Below are positions 39,673-49,831 of a stretch of 64,000 bases of DNA, piece by piece (positions within the stretch are counted from its first letter, which is position 1; every line of letters begins with the position of its first letter). The notes under the pieces are model-generated. The model did no database searches, was not told the origin of the DNA, and saw only the letters and a program-made list of their open reading frames with translations. This DNA comes from an uncultured Verrucomicrobiae bacterium. Lineage in GTDB: Bacteria > Verrucomicrobiota > Verrucomicrobiia > Chthoniobacterales > Terrimicrobiaceae. Location: the NCBI GenBank assembly GCA_963706955.1, contig CAVPOC010000008.1, forward strand, positions 192,001-256,000. The letters are read 5' to 3'. Position numbers and translations under genes: made by a program.

Positions 39673-40383
39673 TCAGCGACGGAGGGAAAGAAGAATACGC
39701 AAGATGTACCAGAAGAGGAGCGCTATCGAAGCAAACAAAGAGAGAGAGGCAGCCACATACTGATCTGTCCGGTAATGCAGAAAGACGTTAGAAGTGCTGT
39801 ATAAAATAGCCGCGCCCGCAAAGAGCACCATTATGCCGGCAAAGAATGTTCCGAGATTAAAACCGAATAGAATGCTCGCCACAATGGTGCCCAGAGCGAC
39901 GAAGCTTCCGACGATGAGCGCTCCGCGCAGAAAGGAAAAATCGATACGCGTTGTCACCACCACGGCCGTCAAACCAAGAAAGAGGCCGATAGTAATCATC
40001 GCGGCCATCGGAATCACTTCGGGAGAGCTGTAAAACGCCGCGACGTATAAAATGGGGATGAAAATGATCGCCTGAGCGACGACATATAGCGCCAGTCCCG
40101 CATACTGAAGTGTCAGGCTGGCCCCTGAATTCGCCCAGGATTCAGCAAGCCAAGAGACGCCCATAAATAACGCCAGAACGATCAGCCACGAATACTGCGT
40201 GCCGACCATGAGCTTTATCATCGCCGGCGCCATCGCGGAGTTTAGGAAAACCGCCTCCAGGGCGACAAATGCCAAGATGGCGGCAGCCAGGTGCGCGTAA
40301 GTCCTGCGGATAAAACGAGAGCGCTCGATTGGTGGCGCCTCGGCGACAACCACGAAGGGGTTAGTGTAGGCACGTTGATTCAT
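39673..40383 (-). CDS. Bax inhibitor-1/YccA family membrane protein
   Basis: RSRFIRRTYAHL, about 7 TM helices, DFSFLRG, YVAASLSLF. Confidence 0.85.
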   Translation of the reverse strand: MNQRAYTNPFVVVAEAPPIERSRFIRRTYAHLAAAILAFVALEAVFLNSAMAPAMIKLMVGTQYSWLIVLALFMGVSWLAESWANSGASLTLQYAGLALYVVAQAIIFIPILYVAAFYSSPEVIPMAAMITIGLFLGLTAVVVTTRIDFSFLRGALIVGSFVALGTIVASILFGFNLGTFFAGIMVLFAGAAILYSTSNVFLHYRTDQYVAASLSLFASIALLFWYILRILLSLRR

Positions 40384-40457
40384 AAGCTAAACAAGAGTAA
40401 ATTCCCGAGCGTGCCGCCCAACGCAAGCCTTTTCAATGGCTACCTGGCACTGCCCAC

Positions 40458-41798
40458 TTAGATTTCGGCCAGCGACGCGTCCAAGACATCAAGCACAAAG
40501 TCTGCATCTGCCTGAGTGATGCAGAGAGGCGGAGCGATCCGAATGACGTGGCCCCACAAGCCACCTTTCCCTAACAAGAGTCCGTTATTGCGGGCCTTCT
40601 CAAGGACCCGGGCGCACGCAGCTGTGGCCGGTTCCTTGGAGCCGCGATCCGTAACTAATTCCACGCCCAGCAAGAGTCCTTTGCCACGGACGTCGCCGAC
40701 TACCCTATGCTTCAACTTCAGCTTCTCGAGTCCGGATAGTATGTGAGTGCCTAATCGACAAGCATTCTCCTGCAACTTCTCGCGTTCGATTACTTCCAGC
40801 ACCGCTTTACCGACGGCCATGCCGACCGGATTTCCTCCAAACGTGTTGAAGTGAATCCGTTGCGCCAACACCCGCCCGATCTCCGGAGTCGTCACGACCG
40901 CCGCTAGTGGGTACCCGTTGCCAATCCCCTTCGCCATCGTGACGATATCGGGGATGACCTCTTGTGTTTCAAAGCCCCAAAAATGGCTCCCCATGCGGCC
41001 AAAGCCAGTCTGCACCTCATCGGCAATGCAGAGACCACCAGCCTCGCGAACAAACGCATACACAGCCTGGAGGTAACCGTCGGGAAATAGAACACATCCG
41101 CCAACCCCTTGAATAGATTCCGCAATAAAAGCCGCGACACGCCCGGGCGTAGCAAAATCGATCAACTGCTTAACGTCGGCGGCAAACTTGATGCCTGCTT
41201 GCGCATCGTCACGCGAATAGGGCCCGCGATATGGGTCGGGTGCCAAGGCGTGGTGAACGCCGAAGCTATGCGGAATGTTAAATTTCCAGGTGCTCTGCGC
41301 CGTCATGGAAAGTGCAGCAGCATTTCCGCCATGATAAGCATTGCGCAGGGCAATGACGTCATAATTGCCCGTGTAGGCTCGCGCCATAAGAAGGGCGAGA
41401 TCATTGGCTTCGGAACCCGAGTTGACGAAATAGCAGACTTTTAAATCGGGCGGCAGCTTCGAAGCCAAATGCCGGGCATACTCGCCGACTGCGGGATGGA
41501 GGTGGATCGTTGTCGCGTGCTGTAAGGTTCCCATCTGGCGTCGCGCGGCATCGATAACTTCCGGATGCCGATGCCCGACGCTGATAGTGACGATCCCGCC
41601 GAACGCATCCAAATACCGTTTGCCGGTTTCGTCCCAGACATACTGCATCCACCCCTCAACCAGCATGAGCGGCTTCTGGTAGTAGAGAAAAATTCCCGGA
41701 TTCAGGAATTCCCGGCGGAGCGCAAGCACTTCATCGGCAGTGGGTCCGTGGTACGTCCTTGGCTGAAAATCACAGCAAGGGAGCGAAACTTCCCTCAT
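40458..41798 (-). CDS. Class III PLP aminotransferase (AGXT2-like)
   Basis: [48 protein letters not shown]. Confidence 0.9.
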   Translation of the reverse strand: MREVSLPCCDFQPRTYHGPTADEVLALRREFLNPGIFLYYQKPLMLVEGWMQYVWDETGKRYLDAFGGIVTISVGHRHPEVIDAARRQMGTLQHATTIHLHPAVGEYARHLASKLPPDLKVCYFVNSGSEANDLALLMARAYTGNYDVIALRNAYHGGNAAALSMTAQSTWKFNIPHSFGVHHALAPDPYRGPYSRDDAQAGIKFAADVKQLIDFATPGRVAAFIAESIQGVGGCVLFPDGYLQAVYAFVREAGGLCIADEVQTGFGRMGSHFWGFETQEVIPDIVTMAKGIGNGYPLAAVVTTPEIGRVLAQRIHFNTFGGNPVGMAVGKAVLEVIEREKLQENACRLGTHILSGLEKLKLKHRVVGDVRGKGLLLGVELVTDRGSKEPATAACARVLEKARNNGLLLGKGGLWGHVIRIAPPLCITQADADFVLDVLDASLAEI

Positions 41799-41938
41799 CG
41801 CGCGGCTGCCAGCGTAAGTCGTGCCTTGTCGCCAGAGTTCACAGGTGCCCGGAAAGGAGCGCGGCTAATTACAAACGCCTTCTCGGAGTGCACGAGCGGA
41901 GGACTAGCGAAGCGATGCCCAGGCCGTTGCAGAGGACT

Positions 41939-42895
41939 TCACTCCTGAAACCGTCCCATTTGGCGGAACTTGTTGTAACGACGCTGAACGAGTTTATCTA
42001 CGGGAACTTTTTCGAGCTCGTGCAAGGCGGCGACGATGGCTTCTTTCAAATTCTTGCCGGTCTCGGCGGGATCTCGGTGGGCGCCACCGACTGGTTCCGG
42101 CACAACTCCGTCGATCACGCCGAGCTTGAGAAGTTCGGTGGCATTGAGCTTGAGCGCTTCAGCGGCTTCGGGTGCGTGTTTGCGGTGCTTCCACAAAATA
42201 GCCGCGCAACCTTCCGGGCTGATGACCGAATAGTAAGCATTTTCAAGCATCAGGACGCGGTCGGCGACTCCTATTCCAAGCGCTCCGCCGGACCCTCCCT
42301 CTCCGATGACCACGGCCACGATCGGTGTTTTCAAAATCATCATTTCGCGAAGATTTACGGCGATCGATTCGGCGATATGCCGCTCCTCCGCGCCAATTCC
42401 GGGATACGCGCCGGGAGTGTCGATAAGTGTCACGATCGGACACTTGAACTTTTCTCCCAGCCGCATCAGCCGAAGGGCCTTGCGATATCCCTCCGGATGC
42501 GGGCTGCCAAAGTTTCGTAGCAAATTCTCTTTGACGTCCCGGCCCTTCTGCTGCCCGATGAGCAGGCATTTGATCCCCTCGATTCTCGCCAGGCCGGCTG
42601 GCATCGAGGCATCGTCGCCGAAAAGACGGTCTCCCTTAAGCTCGAGAAAATCTGTAAAAGCAAGCTCGACGTAGTCGAGAAAGAACGGGCGTGCCGTGTG
42701 GCGTGCCATCTGCACCCGTTGCCAGGCGGTCAGATTTGCGTAGGTCTCTTTTCTGGTCTCTTCGATCTTTTCCTGGATCATGCGCACTTCCGGATCAAGG
42801 TCGATATCCTTGCCGTGAAGATGACGCTTGAGTTCTTCGAGCTTCTGCTCGAGCTCAACCAGCGGCTTCTCAAAATCGAGAATCTGGGACTTCAT
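41939..42895 (-). CDS. accA: Acetyl-CoA carboxylase carboxyltransferase alpha subunit
   Basis: LDFEKP, PEGYRKALRLM, IDTPGAYPGIGAEER, GEGGSGGAL, YSVISPEGCA. Confidence 0.97.
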   Translation of the reverse strand: MKSQILDFEKPLVELEQKLEELKRHLHGKDIDLDPEVRMIQEKIEETRKETYANLTAWQRVQMARHTARPFFLDYVELAFTDFLELKGDRLFGDDASMPAGLARIEGIKCLLIGQQKGRDVKENLLRNFGSPHPEGYRKALRLMRLGEKFKCPIVTLIDTPGAYPGIGAEERHIAESIAVNLREMMILKTPIVAVVIGEGGSGGALGIGVADRVLMLENAYYSVISPEGCAAILWKHRKHAPEAAEALKLNATELLKLGVIDGVVPEPVGGAHRDPAETGKNLKEAIVAALHELEKVPVDKLVQRRYNKFRQMGRFQE

Positions 42896-42909
42896 GAAAT
42901 AGAGACGTG

Positions 42910-43722
42910 CTATTGGATGGTGACGGGAGATCCACGAGAAACGAGAAGAAAAATTTCCTCCACGTCGTCTTGGGCCACGATAATACCGGGCGGAGGATTC
43001 TCGGCGCCTTCCGGAAGGCTGCGAATAGCGAGGCCGGCGGAGCCGAGCATCACCCAGCGCTCACTGCCGGAGTAGTTCTTGTCGCCAAAGGCGACCCGAT
43101 TCGATCCTCGCAGCGCAATTTTATCGGCCACTTTCGTCTTCGCAGAGGTGGCAACACCCGGGGTCTTCAGCGAGAGGGTTCGATATTCCTTGAAGAACTG
43201 GCCCTTATTCAAAAGAGTGACAGTGCCAGCCTTACGGTCGACCACTACGCTGATGTCTAGTTGTGGAATAACCAGAGGTTGTCCGATCTTCAGATTGATG
43301 GTCTCCATCTTGTTGGCGCGAAAGATCAATTCCGCATTGCTCTTGAATTTCGCCGCGATTTTCACAAGCGAATCCCCCTTTCCCACGGTGTAGGAAATTT
43401 TGTCCGGAGACGGACTCCGCGAAAACACTTGGGCGCTATTTATTCGGCCCAAGGCGGCCTTCGCCTCGGACAGCTTTGGAGCGGTCGGATAGTTGCGAAT
43501 GAAATCTCCCCAAGCGGCTCGAGCCCCCTCAACGTCGCCTGACTGCTCCAGAGCGGCCGCCTTCTGAAAGATGGGCAAAGTGTAGTCGGGGATCTCGCCT
43601 GATGCTGCCGCCGCCTTGTCCGCCCGGTCGAGTTGTCGCGGTTTCCAGTAGAGCTCGTAACCAAAGTAAGCCGATCCGCCAAGAATCAAGCCAACCAGCA
43701 CGAGGATGATAAGCGTTCGCAC
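42910..43722 (-). CDS. Membrane-anchored LysM protein with TPR-like segment and degenerate YkuD-like C-terminus
   Basis: N-terminal TM; LysM YTVGKGDSLVKIA...LKIGQPLVIP; C-terminal DVEEIFLLVSRGSPVTI. Confidence 0.7.
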   Translation of the reverse strand: MRTLIILVLVGLILGGSAYFGYELYWKPRQLDRADKAAAASGEIPDYTLPIFQKAAALEQSGDVEGARAAWGDFIRNYPTAPKLSEAKAALGRINSAQVFSRSPSPDKISYTVGKGDSLVKIAAKFKSNAELIFRANKMETINLKIGQPLVIPQLDISVVVDRKAGTVTLLNKGQFFKEYRTLSLKTPGVATSAKTKVADKIALRGSNRVAFGDKNYSGSERWVMLGSAGLAIRSLPEGAENPPPGIIVAQDDVEEIFLLVSRGSPVTIQ

Positions 43723-43799
43723 GATTGAAACGTTCTAAAGCAACTCCTGCAGGAGGCATTAGAGCGACTCATCGGGCGTTTGCAAACGCTGAAATATGC

Positions 43800-44324
43800 T
43801 CAGATCAAGCCGCGCTTCTTCCATTCATCGAGGTTCTCGGCCGTCGAGTGCTGGATGAGATCCATCGTGAACTTGAGCAGGCAAACCTCCCACGCCTCAT
43901 CAACTCCGGCGATCAACGCGGCGGTAGGATCGCTCTTAGTATCCAAGTTTTCCTTGAGATTGCCTAAGACCGCCTCCATCGAGTCGCGGACGATGCTTTG
44001 TTCCAGGTCCGATTTGCGGAGCTGAAACCCATATCGCAAGATCCTGAAGGAATCAGAATGCTGCTCGACCCAGTCTGCATAATCCCGCGCCTTATTGCCA
44101 AAACCCTCAAGGAGAAGCTTGGAAAAGTGGTGCGGCGACATGATCCGCGGCCGCTCCGCATCGATGCGACCACCGCGAATGCGGACGGCGTTCACCTCGT
44201 CCATCAATTCACTGACGAGAAGAAATCGGAAGCTCGTCGAGCCAAACGTCTCGATGCGGCGTTGAGGTTGGACCACGACGCGAGTGTTCTCCATCGCGTA
44301 ATGGAAGTCGTGCTCCTCGATCAT
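43800..44324 (-). CDS. Hypothetical protein (174 aa)
   Basis: Clean ORF co-oriented with its neighbours and with typical composition; no motif recognised. Confidence 0.7.
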   Translation of the reverse strand: MIEEHDFHYAMENTRVVVQPQRRIETFGSTSFRFLLVSELMDEVNAVRIRGGRIDAERPRIMSPHHFSKLLLEGFGNKARDYADWVEQHSDSFRILRYGFQLRKSDLEQSIVRDSMEAVLGNLKENLDTKSDPTAALIAGVDEAWEVCLLKFTMDLIQHSTAENLDEWKKRGLI

Positions 44325-45112
44325 TCAGAAGATAATAGGGCTCCTTCTCTTGTGCGCAACAGAAGTCTCGGAATTTGACAAGAGGAGCTTTTCTGCTCTT
44401 TAGCTCACTTAGTGAACATCGCCCTGAGCCTCTTTTTCCAGTCTCTGCACAGGATATCAGGCGATTTGTTCACCTGTTACCTACGATCCTGTAGGCGACA
44501 AACCCAAAAAACCGAACAATGTGGTCATCAAGGTCTCGTTACCGAACCGAATGGCTCACGTCATGCAGAGGACAGACCACGGCTCGCTGCCGCGACTGCC
44601 ATTGGCACGCCGATCAACCCCAGGCCACGGACTCGCTTTCGGGTTATGCGAGAAATCGAGAATAGCGCTCAAATACTTAGGCTTCTGGGGAAGCGAGACA
44701 AAATCGTGCCCGGGAAGAGCTCACCGAGGTCGGGCTCCGATTACTGCCATGTCGGATTTTCCATTCAGGACTGGGTTGAGTGGATGCCTGCAAACGGTTT
44801 CACGTCGGGTGCGTCTGGCTGTGTCGGAACACAAGGCTGCCTGCGCCGGCATCAAAAACCGCACGTGAGTTTTTCACGCTCGCCGGTGTCAGGACGCCGG
44901 TATACATTGCTCAAACTCAACCGAAGACGCAACCTAGGCAAGAACGCTCCGCGCCCGCAAGACTACAACGATCCCGATCCGCTAAGGAACATTCTGATAC
45001 TTTCGCAGGCCTTTAAAGGCGACCCAACCCAATCTTCGAGAGAATAACCCTGAGCACTCCCGCGCCACCAACCAGTAATCCCCCGCGCGTTAATCTACGT
45101 ACGCCCGACGTC

Positions 45113-46261
45113 ATGTCGCGCGTGCAGGCGGAGGTGGAAAGCCATTATCGAAGCGGATTGGTCGAACGAATTCGCGCGCACGGAGGCGTCCTTCAGCAGG
45201 GCGGAACCATCATCCGCTTGGCCAAGCAGTTTGGTTTTTGTTACGGAGTCGAGCGCGCAATCGATCTCGCCTACGCGGCGCGCAAGGTCTTTCCCGATCG
45301 TCGCATCTCATTATTAGGCGAAATTATTCACAACCCGGAGGTAAACGCCCAACTCGCCGCCATGGGCATTCGCTACCTTCCCGCTCACCCGGATGACGCG
45401 CAAATCGCGGAGCTCGTTGGTGAGGATGTGGTCATCGTGCCCGCCTTCGGTGCGGAGGTTGCCACCGTCGAGGCGATCAAAGCGCGAGGATGTCAGATTG
45501 TGGACACCACGTGTGGAGATGTCATGAGTGTTTGGAAGCGGGTGCGCCAGAACGCTTCGGAGCAGGTTACCAGCATCATCCACGGGAAGTCGGCTCATGA
45601 GGAAACCATGGCGACGGCTTCTCGTGCGCTTGGTCGTGACGGCAAAGGGCATTACCTAGTGGTTCTGGATCTCGATCAGACGGACCTTGTTTGCAAGTAC
45701 ATCCGGGAAGGGGGGGACAAAGCGGGTTTTCTCAGCAATTTTCAGCGCGCGCATTCCCCCGGATTTGACCCCGATCGCCACCTCGAGCGTGTCGGTGTGG
45801 CCAATCAAACGACGATGCTACGCAGCGAAACCGAGGAGATTCAGCGGCGTATCCGAGATGCTATCGCGGCACGGGACGGCCATACCGCGAGTTTTCGCTT
45901 CTTCGATACGATCTGCGGAGCGACGCAGGAGCGTCAGGATGCGCTTTTCCAGCTCTTGGACGAGTCACTCGATCTTCTGATTGTCGTCGGAGGGTATAAC
46001 AGTTCCAACACGACACACCTGGCGGAGATCGGCGATCGGAACCTCCCTACATGGTTCATCCGGAACGCAGGGTGCATGATTTCGACCCAGGAAATCCACC
46101 ACTTCGATATTCACCTGAAAAAAGAGGTAACGACCGCGGATTGGCTTCCCGCAAAGGTTCCGCTGTGCGTTGGGATCACGGCCGGCGCAAGCTGCCCGAA
46201 TAATTTGATCGAGGAGACCCTCAATCGGATTCTCGTCCTGCGAAACGAGGCTACGGTCTAA
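45113..46261 (+). CDS. ispH: 4-hydroxy-3-methylbut-2-enyl diphosphate reductase
   Basis: FGFCYGVERA, IIHNP, DTTC, NQTT, DTICGATQERQ, SSNT, GITAGASCP. The true start may be slightly upstream (in-frame CTG at 45050). Confidence 0.95.
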   Translation: MSRVQAEVESHYRSGLVERIRAHGGVLQQGGTIIRLAKQFGFCYGVERAIDLAYAARKVFPDRRISLLGEIIHNPEVNAQLAAMGIRYLPAHPDDAQIAELVGEDVVIVPAFGAEVATVEAIKARGCQIVDTTCGDVMSVWKRVRQNASEQVTSIIHGKSAHEETMATASRALGRDGKGHYLVVLDLDQTDLVCKYIREGGDKAGFLSNFQRAHSPGFDPDRHLERVGVANQTTMLRSETEEIQRRIRDAIAARDGHTASFRFFDTICGATQERQDALFQLLDESLDLLIVVGGYNSSNTTHLAEIGDRNLPTWFIRNAGCMISTQEIHHFDIHLKKEVTTADWLPAKVPLCVGITAGASCPNNLIEETLNRILVLRNEATV

Positions 46262-47250
46262 GGTGAAAACTGCGCGAACAACTGTTCTCTTACTTTCGCG
46301 AAGCTGACCTTCTCAAGGGCCAGCTCCCGCGCGCGAGAGAGGGTTGCGGTGTAGTATGGATCGTCTTCAAGCAGTCCCTTCGCCACGTTTACGGCGGACT
46401 GGACCGACAAACTCGTTCCGCAAAGCTCTGGAAAAACAAGCCTGTCAATTGCCCCGTCTCCACCGACGCAGGGCAAGCCACAGAGCAGAGCGTCTCCAGC
46501 GACCTGTCCCGGCACGCCGCTGCGGTCTAGCTGAAAGACAATTCGATGTCGCGCCATCAGGCGAAGGTATTCGGGATAGGGAAGCTTCCCGGGGACAATG
46601 CGGAAGCCTGGCGAAATGGCGCGCAGCAAGCGAGCGCCGGTCCACCCTTCCGTATTGATGACCGTAATCGGGTGGTTAAACCCGGAGAGGCTGCTCAGCG
46701 CGAGAAAGTGATTTCGGGAGGGAGTGGCGAACTCGCGTGTGCCAACAAAAATGCCGACTCTCTCCGAGATCGGGATCGAGAAGTCCCAGACCGTCTCCTC
46801 AACGGGATATGGGGTTGGAATGAAGTCGCCGCGAACGCAACCCGCTGATTGATATAAGGGAACGAGATCAGGCGTGCTGGAAAGAAAACCGTGGGCTTCT
46901 GCGCAAACAGCGCGAAAGCGGCTCGCAATACGTGGCCGCTCGAGTGCGCGGGCGACCTGTGGCAGACCCGATTCCTTCCAGGAAACCAGCACCCGGTTTC
47001 CGCGCTTGCGGAGACTGCGGACAGCCTGGAGGGCATCGCCAAGTCCACTCTTGCGAAGCAATACCAGGACACTTTCCACGGCAGCAGGTATCTGCCCACA
47101 TCCGCGATAGAAAGCGCCGCGGCAGCAAGCCGCGTAACCATGGTAGTTTACCGGGGGATGACCGGGATCTGCCGGAGATCCTGCTCCTTGCGCAAAGATC
47201 CTGGTTTGGTCGCGGCCACCCGGATTCACGACTGCAAAGGAGAACTCCAA
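46258..47250 (-). CDS. Hypothetical protein, possible GT-B glycosyltransferase-like fold
   Basis: C-terminal YPEYLRLMARHRIVFQLD...GQVAGDALLCGLPCVG resembles the GT-B nucleotide-binding motif. TTG start is inferred. Confidence 0.5.
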   Translation of the reverse strand: MEFSFAVVNPGGRDQTRIFAQGAGSPADPGHPPVNYHGYAACCRGAFYRGCGQIPAAVESVLVLLRKSGLGDALQAVRSLRKRGNRVLVSWKESGLPQVARALERPRIASRFRAVCAEAHGFLSSTPDLVPLYQSAGCVRGDFIPTPYPVEETVWDFSIPISERVGIFVGTREFATPSRNHFLALSSLSGFNHPITVINTEGWTGARLLRAISPGFRIVPGKLPYPEYLRLMARHRIVFQLDRSGVPGQVAGDALLCGLPCVGGDGAIDRLVFPELCGTSLSVQSAVNVAKGLLEDDPYYTATLSRARELALEKVSFAKVREQLFAQFSP

Positions 47251-47251
47251 G

Positions 47252-48040
47252 TCAGTTCTCCGGCCGCATCCTTTGTTTGTTCCTTTCCCACAAGGCATTC
47301 ATGTCTTGTGCGGAAGTTTGCTCGAGTTTCCCTCCGTCGGCGGCAATATCGGCCTCAAGGGCTCGAAATCGTCTGGCAAATTTTCGGGTCGCCGCGGCGA
47401 GGGCCAGCTCGGAGTCGACACCCAGCTTTCGGGCAACGTTGACCACGCTGAAGAAGAGGTCTCCCAACTCCTCCTCGATGGTCGGCTGCCCCTCGCCTCG
47501 GATCGCCTCGCGGAGTTCCTCAACTTCTTCCTCGACCTTGTCGATTACTTGAGAGGCATCCTCCCAATCAAATCCGACGCGCGCCGCTCTCTTTTGGACC
47601 TCGTCTGCCAGCAGAAGGGCAGGAAACGCTGCGGGCAAACCGTCCATCACGGAGGAAACAGCGCCCTTCTCAACGCGTTTAATCGACTCCCAGAGCCGCA
47701 CTACTTGAGAGCTCTCGGTCGCCTGGACGCTCCCGAAGACATGCGGGTGGCGCCGAATCAGTTTGTCACAGACTGCTTCGACGACATCTTCCAAGGCGAA
47801 GGCCTTCCGTTCCTCGCCCATCTGGGCATGCATGACGACATGAAGGAGCAAATCGCCAAGTTCCTCTCGCAAGTTCGCGTCGTCCGCTTTCTCGATTGCC
47901 TCGATCGTCTCGTAACATTCCTCAATGAGCGCGGCACGCAAGCTCTCATGGGTTTGCTCGCGATCCCAGGGGCAGCCTCCCGGTGCACGCAGTCGGGCGA
48001 CGATTTCCCTCAATCGGGAGACGTCGCTCACCTCAGACAC
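47252..48040 (-). CDS. mazG: Nucleoside triphosphate pyrophosphohydrolase
   Basis: GGCPWDREQT, EECYE, EELGDLL, RRHPHVF, GFDW, second EELGDL. Confidence 0.95.
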   Translation of the reverse strand: MSEVSDVSRLREIVARLRAPGGCPWDREQTHESLRAALIEECYETIEAIEKADDANLREELGDLLLHVVMHAQMGEERKAFALEDVVEAVCDKLIRRHPHVFGSVQATESSQVVRLWESIKRVEKGAVSSVMDGLPAAFPALLLADEVQKRAARVGFDWEDASQVIDKVEEEVEELREAIRGEGQPTIEEELGDLFFSVVNVARKLGVDSELALAAATRKFARRFRALEADIAADGGKLEQTSAQDMNALWERNKQRMRPEN

Positions 48041-48755
48041 GCCAAAGCGAACTTCTGGTCCCGCTAAACTCGCTGACTTCCTCGGAAGAGTTGCGTGAGA
48101 CGTGAATGATCAACCCAGCCACGGTCAGAATCGTCCCGAAAAAGATAAGGCAGGCAAACCAGGCCGGCAGCGCCTGAACGGAAAGAGCGCGGTAGAATGC
48201 GCCGAATGAGTCGATTGGCTCACTCGCGTGAATTAAGACTTTCAAGGTCCAAGCGACCATGATGATCGCGAAAATGAAAACGTAGTTACGCTTCAGTCTG
48301 CGCCCAACAGCCTCGATCTTGCTGATTTTGAAGGAGGGTAAGATTAGATCCTCGCAAACCAATCGGCGCCACTCTCCGGCAAGCAGGTTTGGACTTTGCG
48401 AGATCATCGGCACCAGAAAATGCGACTCCAGCATCCGCACGCGACCTCGAAACGCGTCATAGAACCGATAGCGGCGCGCCTCAATCCAAAGGAGGACCCA
48501 GACAAAGGCCAGATTGAAGAAAAAGACGATGTGCGGAACCGCAGCAAACGAAAACGACACGGTAATGATCGAGGTGGTGCTGGTGATTGCCCACGTGGTC
48601 GTCACATCCAAGCGCTGCCGCCAAATCATGATCCGGCCCAACTCGCCGCGATAAAAGTGAATCATCGCGTTGACGTAGCAAGCGTCCTTCAAGTTGGGCA
48701 ACGGCATGCCCGAGGTGTCGGTCGACGATGCCCTGCTCGGCGATTCGGTGGTCAA
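48033..48755 (-). CDS. DUF2270-type membrane protein
   Basis: HFYRGE..R...WRQRLDVTTTWA, IEARRYRFYD, RRLKRNY. Confidence 0.8.
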   Translation of the reverse strand: MTTESPSRASSTDTSGMPLPNLKDACYVNAMIHFYRGELGRIMIWRQRLDVTTTWAITSTTSIITVSFSFAAVPHIVFFFNLAFVWVLLWIEARRYRFYDAFRGRVRMLESHFLVPMISQSPNLLAGEWRRLVCEDLILPSFKISKIEAVGRRLKRNYVFIFAIIMVAWTLKVLIHASEPIDSFGAFYRALSVQALPAWFACLIFFGTILTVAGLIIHVSRNSSEEVSEFSGTRSSLWRV

Positions 48756-49588
48756 TCGCGGCGCTCCTTCGCAAGAAGAGCAGCCCGAACCCGCTCCAGC
48801 TTTTCCCGCTCTCCGCGTGTCAAACTTCCAATCCCCTGTCTGGCGATCTTCTCCAGAATTGGGTCGATGGATTCATACAATTCGCCCTCTTTGACAGGCT
48901 CGCGATTTGCCGGTTTGCTGCGGCGTTCGGGCCGTCGGAGCGGAAGATTGGAGACAGAGGGTAACGAGAAAGTGCGGACTCCCTCTCGCATCATCCAGAG
49001 TGCCGCCACGCCGCACGACCACCAGAGGATCGAAAGATTGATCCATTGCTTGTAGGCAAGCATCTGCAAAGTGTAAATTCCCAAGAGAGCTATCGCGATC
49101 CAGCGCGCCTGAATTCCAAAGAAGATCTCGGCGCCAGGATAAATCATCACAAATGCGACGAAAACCGCGAAGTGGACTGCATCGGAGCCGTAGTAGGTCC
49201 CGCTCTCAATTCCCAGGAAGCTGAGAAGTGACAATAGAACCGGGATGGCGAGGACGAGCGCCGCATAGAACCAAGCAAATGCCTTCCGGCCAATGAACTT
49301 CTCGACGTCACGTCCAAAGAATGCCAGCAAGACCAGCTGGATAAGGGTGAAGATCTCAGGCCGGTTGACAAAGGCATAGGTGGCAAATTGCCAAAGATGC
49401 AGTTTGCCGACGGATTGTGGCGAAAATGCCAGCAGCCCAAAGAACCACTCCGCGCCGGAAGCCAGTGCCAGGGCTGTGAACACCATCATCAGGCCATGAG
49501 CGAACGCGATGGCGGTCGAGAGATAAACCGGAACCCTGCCAACCCAAGTGAGCGGCTCACACTGCTCAAAGTTCCGGTTTGCTATCAT
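48752..49588 (-). CDS. Rhomboid-like membrane protein with C-terminal DUF6576-like domain
   Basis: LWQFATYAF, multiple TM helices, IDPILEKIARQGIGSLT.GER..L. Confidence 0.65.
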   Translation of the reverse strand: MIANRNFEQCEPLTWVGRVPVYLSTAIAFAHGLMMVFTALALASGAEWFFGLLAFSPQSVGKLHLWQFATYAFVNRPEIFTLIQLVLLAFFGRDVEKFIGRKAFAWFYAALVLAIPVLLSLLSFLGIESGTYYGSDAVHFAVFVAFVMIYPGAEIFFGIQARWIAIALLGIYTLQMLAYKQWINLSILWWSCGVAALWMMREGVRTFSLPSVSNLPLRRPERRSKPANREPVKEGELYESIDPILEKIARQGIGSLTRGEREKLERVRAALLAKERRD

Positions 49589-49831
49589 CGAACGGCTCCA
49601 ATCTACTCCCGACAACGCGTGAAACAAGAAGGAAACGTTCCCGCAGGCGCGCAAAATTCAAGGGGTAAATGGACCAGTTTCCCGAGACGCACTTCGACCG
49701 GTTCCTGCAGAAATCACCGCCAACTCGTCAACGGGAACCGAGGTCGCGTTCGGCCTTTTGATAGCAGGTGCGCGGTTCGCGGGAGCGCTTTTTAGCGTTG
49801 AAAGTAATCACCGCATTGGCAACGCTGCGCC

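Noticed and set aside
44412..45047. 211-aa ORF upstream of ispH
   Set aside because: Composition is atypical (Arg/Ser/Cys-rich) and there is no motif; not supportable as a gene.
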